The notes under the pieces were generated by a model. It saw only the letters and a program-made list of their open reading frames with translations. It searched no databases and was not told the origin of the DNA. Position numbers and translations under genes: made by a program. Below are positions 57,249 through 60,136 of a stretch of DNA of 60,136 nt, one piece after another. The first letter of the stretch is position 1; each line of letters starts with the position of its first letter. The stretch lies in the sequence record SRR20825006_617, one strand, 5' to 3'.

Positions 57249-58661
57249 ATGTCAACAAAAACAAGATCAAGCAATGCGTTTCAGACAAAAGTATTCAACG
57301 CCTCGTCCAAAGTGGTGCCGATGCATTTTCAGATTAAAACGATGAAAATGCTGATGAAGGCGAAGAGAAAGACAGTGGGTTCTCGATCCACACAAATGGA
57401 ATTCGTCGAAACCTCCTTGCCTGATGTCAACACCTTGGCACTCGAAGATATCGACACCAGCAACCCTTTTTTGTATCGACAAGATCAGTGGCGGGCCTAT
57501 TTTAAGCGGCTGCGAGATGAAGCTCCGGTACACTACCAGAAGAAGAGTCCATTCGGGCCTTTCTGGTCGATAACTCGCTATGAAGATATTTTGTTCGTGG
57601 ACAAGAGTCACGAACTGTTCTCCTCTGAACCGCAAATTATTCTGGGTGATCCACCGGACGGACTATCGGTGGAAATGTTTATCGCCATGGATCCGCCCAA
57701 GCATGATGTGCAACGTCGGGCGGTGCAGGGTGTGGTAGCGCCAAAAAACCTTAAGGAAATGGAAGGTTTAATCCGGTCCCGAGCAGCCGAAGTGCTAGAC
57801 AGCCTGCCGCTGGATAAACCCTTCAACTGGGTGCCTGCAGTATCCAAAGAGCTGACTGGCCGCATGCTGGCTACACTGCTGGATTTCCCTTATGAAGACC
57901 GCCATAAACTCGTTGAATGGTCTGATCGCTTGTCCGGTGCGGCATCTGCCACGGGTGGCGAATTTACCGACCCAGATGTCATGTTTGACGATGCGGCAGA
58001 CATGGCGAGGGCGTTCTCAAGGCTGTGGCGAGACAAGGAGGCACGTCGTGCAGCCGGCGAAGAACCCGGTTTTGACTTGATCAATATGTTGCAGAGCAAC
58101 GACGACACAAAAGACCTGATCAATCGGCCGATGGAGTTTATCGGGAATCTGGCTCTGCTCATCGTTGGCGGCAATGACACCACAAGGAATTCCATGAGCG
58201 GTGGTGTCTTGGCCTTGAATCAATTCCCCGAGGAGTTCACCAAGCTGAAGGCTAATCCGGACCTGATTCCGAACATGGTTTCGGAAATCATTCGTTGGCA
58301 AACTCCACTGGCCAACATGCGCAGGGTCGCGACACAGGACGTAGAACTTCGTGGCCAGACCATCAAGAAAGGGGACCGGGTGTTAATGTGGTATGCCTCA
58401 GGTAATCGAGACGAACGCAAGTTTGACAACCCCGATCAACTCATTATTGATCGCAAGGACGCACGGAACCATATTTCTTTTGGCTACGGTATTCATCGTT
58501 GTATGGGTAACCGCCTGGCCGAACTGCAATTGCGCATTTTGTGGGAAGAACTGCTCAAGCGCTTCGAAAATATCGAAGTGGTTGGCGAGCCGGAGCGTGT
58601 ACAGTCCAACTTCGTGCGCGGTTATTCGAAGTTGATGGTCAAACTGACGGCAAAAAATTAA
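57249..58661 (+). CDS. Cytochrome P450 CYP153 alkane hydroxylase
   Basis: MFIAMDPPKH, LLIVGGNDTTRN, EIIR, heme motif FGYGIHRCMG; araC-ferredoxin-P450-GMC context. Confidence 0.95.
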   Translation: MSTKTRSSNAFQTKVFNASSKVVPMHFQIKTMKMLMKAKRKTVGSRSTQMEFVETSLPDVNTLALEDIDTSNPFLYRQDQWRAYFKRLRDEAPVHYQKKSPFGPFWSITRYEDILFVDKSHELFSSEPQIILGDPPDGLSVEMFIAMDPPKHDVQRRAVQGVVAPKNLKEMEGLIRSRAAEVLDSLPLDKPFNWVPAVSKELTGRMLATLLDFPYEDRHKLVEWSDRLSGAASATGGEFTDPDVMFDDAADMARAFSRLWRDKEARRAAGEEPGFDLINMLQSNDDTKDLINRPMEFIGNLALLIVGGNDTTRNSMSGGVLALNQFPEEFTKLKANPDLIPNMVSEIIRWQTPLANMRRVATQDVELRGQTIKKGDRVLMWYASGNRDERKFDNPDQLIIDRKDARNHISFGYGIHRCMGNRLAELQLRILWEELLKRFENIEVVGEPERVQSNFVRGYSKLMVKLTAKN

Positions 58662-60136
58662 TGAAAAGTTTGACCGGGCTGGCGACTGAAGAATTCGACT
58701 ATATCGTTGTGGGCGCTGGCTCGGCAGGGTGCGCGGTAGCCAATCGTTTGTCCGAGAGTGGCCTCTATTCGGTGTTGCTACTCGAAGCCGGGCCGGAGAG
58801 TCGCCGCAACCCTTTCGTCAACACGCCGCTGGGATTTTTGCAGTTGATGTTCAGTCGCCGTTTCAACTGGCAGTTCTATACCGAGCCACAGCGTCACATG
58901 TACGGTCGTTCGTTGTTCCAGCCGCGGGGCAAGATGCTTGGCGGTTCGAGCGGGATTAACGCCCAGGTCTATATCCGTGGTCACGCCAGGGATTACGACG
59001 AGTGGGCACGGCAGGGGTGTCACGGTTGGTCATACGCCGAGGTGCTGCCGTATTTTCGTAAGTCAGAACATTACGAGCCTGAGACGGTGCCGGGTACGGC
59101 AGTATTCCATGGTAAGGATGGCCCTCTCAATGTGGCGGAGCGACGTTATACCAACCCGTTGAGTGCGGCGTTTGTCGAGGCGGGAGTACAGGCGGGGCAT
59201 CGACGCAATCGGGATTTCAACGGCCCCGAACAGGAGGGGGTGGGCTATTACTATACTTACCAGAAGGACGGCTCGCGTTTTAGTAATGCGCGTGCTTATC
59301 TTGATCCAGCGACGGGGCGTTCGAACCTGAACGTTCGTAGTGATGCACATGTTACTCGGGTGTTGTTTGATGGCACTCGCGCTATTGGTGTCGAGTATCG
59401 CAGCGCAAAGGGTCTGGTGCGAGCTCGTGCAGGGCGTGAGGTTATCCTCTGCGGTGGTGCGTTTAACTCGCCGCAACTGCTTATGTTGTCAGGCATCGGT
59501 CCCCGCGAGGAACTTGCTCGACATGGCATTGAGCTACGTCATGCACTGGCGGGTGTGGGTCGCAATCTTCAGGACCATATCGATGTTTTTGTCCGGGTCA
59601 GGGCTCGCAGCCGTCAGAGTATCTCGATGCATCCGAGCTACTGGCTGAAGGGCGCGTGGGCCTTACTGCAATACCTGAGCGGTCGTCGAGGTGTGCTGTC
59701 GAGCAACGGGGCTGAAGCTGGTGGGTTCATCTGCTCCCGGCCAGAGCTGGCGATACCTGATCTGCAACTACACTTCGGGCCAATGCTGTACGCCGATCAC
59801 GGGCGAGACATGAAAACCGCAATGAGCGGTTATGGCTACATAGTGATGCTCTATGGGCTCAGGCCTTTGTCCCGTGGCCGTATTGGTTTAAACAGTGCCG
59901 ATCCGCTGGCGGCCCCGTTGATTGATCCCAACTATATGGCTGAGCCTGCCGATGTCGAGCAGCTCGTTCGTGGGGTAAAGCTTGTTCGTAAGATCTTGTC
60001 GCAGCGTGCATTTTATGTGCACCAGGACGTAGAGATTTCACCAAGCCAGTCCATACAGGAGGACGTAGATCTCGCCGAGTGGGTGCGTCGCAGCGGCGAA
60101 TCGGCATATCACCCGGTCGGCACCTGCAAGATGGGG
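58661..60136 (+). CDS. GMC oxidoreductase (AlkJ-like), runs off the window end; absent from the supplied ORF track
   Basis: ATG overlaps the CYP153 stop; MKSLTGLATEEFDYIVVGAGSAGCAVANRLSE...RGKMLGGSSGINA...AYHPVGTCKMG. Confidence 0.92.
   Translation, partial: MKSLTGLATEEFDYIVVGAGSAGCAVANRLSESGLYSVLLLEAGPESRRNPFVNTPLGFLQLMFSRRFNWQFYTEPQRHMYGRSLFQPRGKMLGGSSGINAQVYIRGHARDYDEWARQGCHGWSYAEVLPYFRKSEHYEPETVPGTAVFHGKDGPLNVAERRYTNPLSAAFVEAGVQAGHRRNRDFNGPEQEGVGYYYTYQKDGSRFSNARAYLDPATGRSNLNVRSDAHVTRVLFDGTRAIGVEYRSAKGLVRARAGREVILCGGAFNSPQLLMLSGIGPREELARHGIELRHALAGVGRNLQDHIDVFVRVRARSRQSISMHPSYWLKGAWALLQYLSGRRGVLSSNGAEAGGFICSRPELAIPDLQLHFGPMLYADHGRDMKTAMSGYGYIVMLYGLRPLSRGRIGLNSADPLAAPLIDPNYMAEPADVEQLVRGVKLVRKILSQRAFYVHQDVEISPSQSIQEDVDLAEWVRRSGESAYHPVGTCKMG

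Noticed and set aside
58300-58325. CYP153 reads QTPLANMRR where I recall His or Tyr in relatives
   Set aside because: A single-residue difference recalled from memory; cannot be evaluated without an alignment
1-60136. tRNA, rRNA, integrase or att site
   Set aside because: None recognisable in the window, so island boundaries cannot be fixed

Overview
The window has two halves. Roughly 1-28.0 kb is an integrative genomic-island segment; its integrase is not in the window. The backbone carries a YagK/inovirus-Gp2 HUH-motif protein, AlpA, an XRE regulator, a Gp3-like protein, a YqaJ exonuclease, DUF932 and RadC/JAB. It is followed by a dense defence cargo: PrlF-YhaV TA, a 1222-aa Mrr-nuclease/STAND-NTPase/helical-repeat protein, Gabija, an unexplained winged-helix plus small membrane-protein pair with a 9-bp tandem repeat array upstream, a WYL-regulated Wadjet (jetABCD) and AbiE. 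An intact IS3-family element with a 4-bp target duplication (28726-29919) separates this from the second half. Roughly 30.1-60.1 kb is an alkane/lipid catabolic cluster typical of marine hydrocarbon-degrading Gammaproteobacteria (Alcanivorax/Marinobacter-like; this is inference). It contains a TRAP permease, acyl-CoA ligase and dehydrogenases, two GMC oxidoreductases, AlmA-type and BVMO flavin monooxygenases, SDRs, esterases, an AupA/AupB-like uptake pair, TetR, AraC, ferredoxin and CYP153. Main observations from the raw sequence: (a) one 20-bp palindrome, ATTTGG-N8-CCAAAT, precedes four catabolic operons, suggesting a TetR regulon; (b) three 'metal-dependent hydrolase' paralogues have a ferritin-like di-iron ligand pattern, and two sit in SDR+flavin-monooxygenase+esterase modules where a subterminal hydroxylase would be expected; (c) candidate uncharacterised defence components. 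All family assignments come from motif recognition, not database searches.
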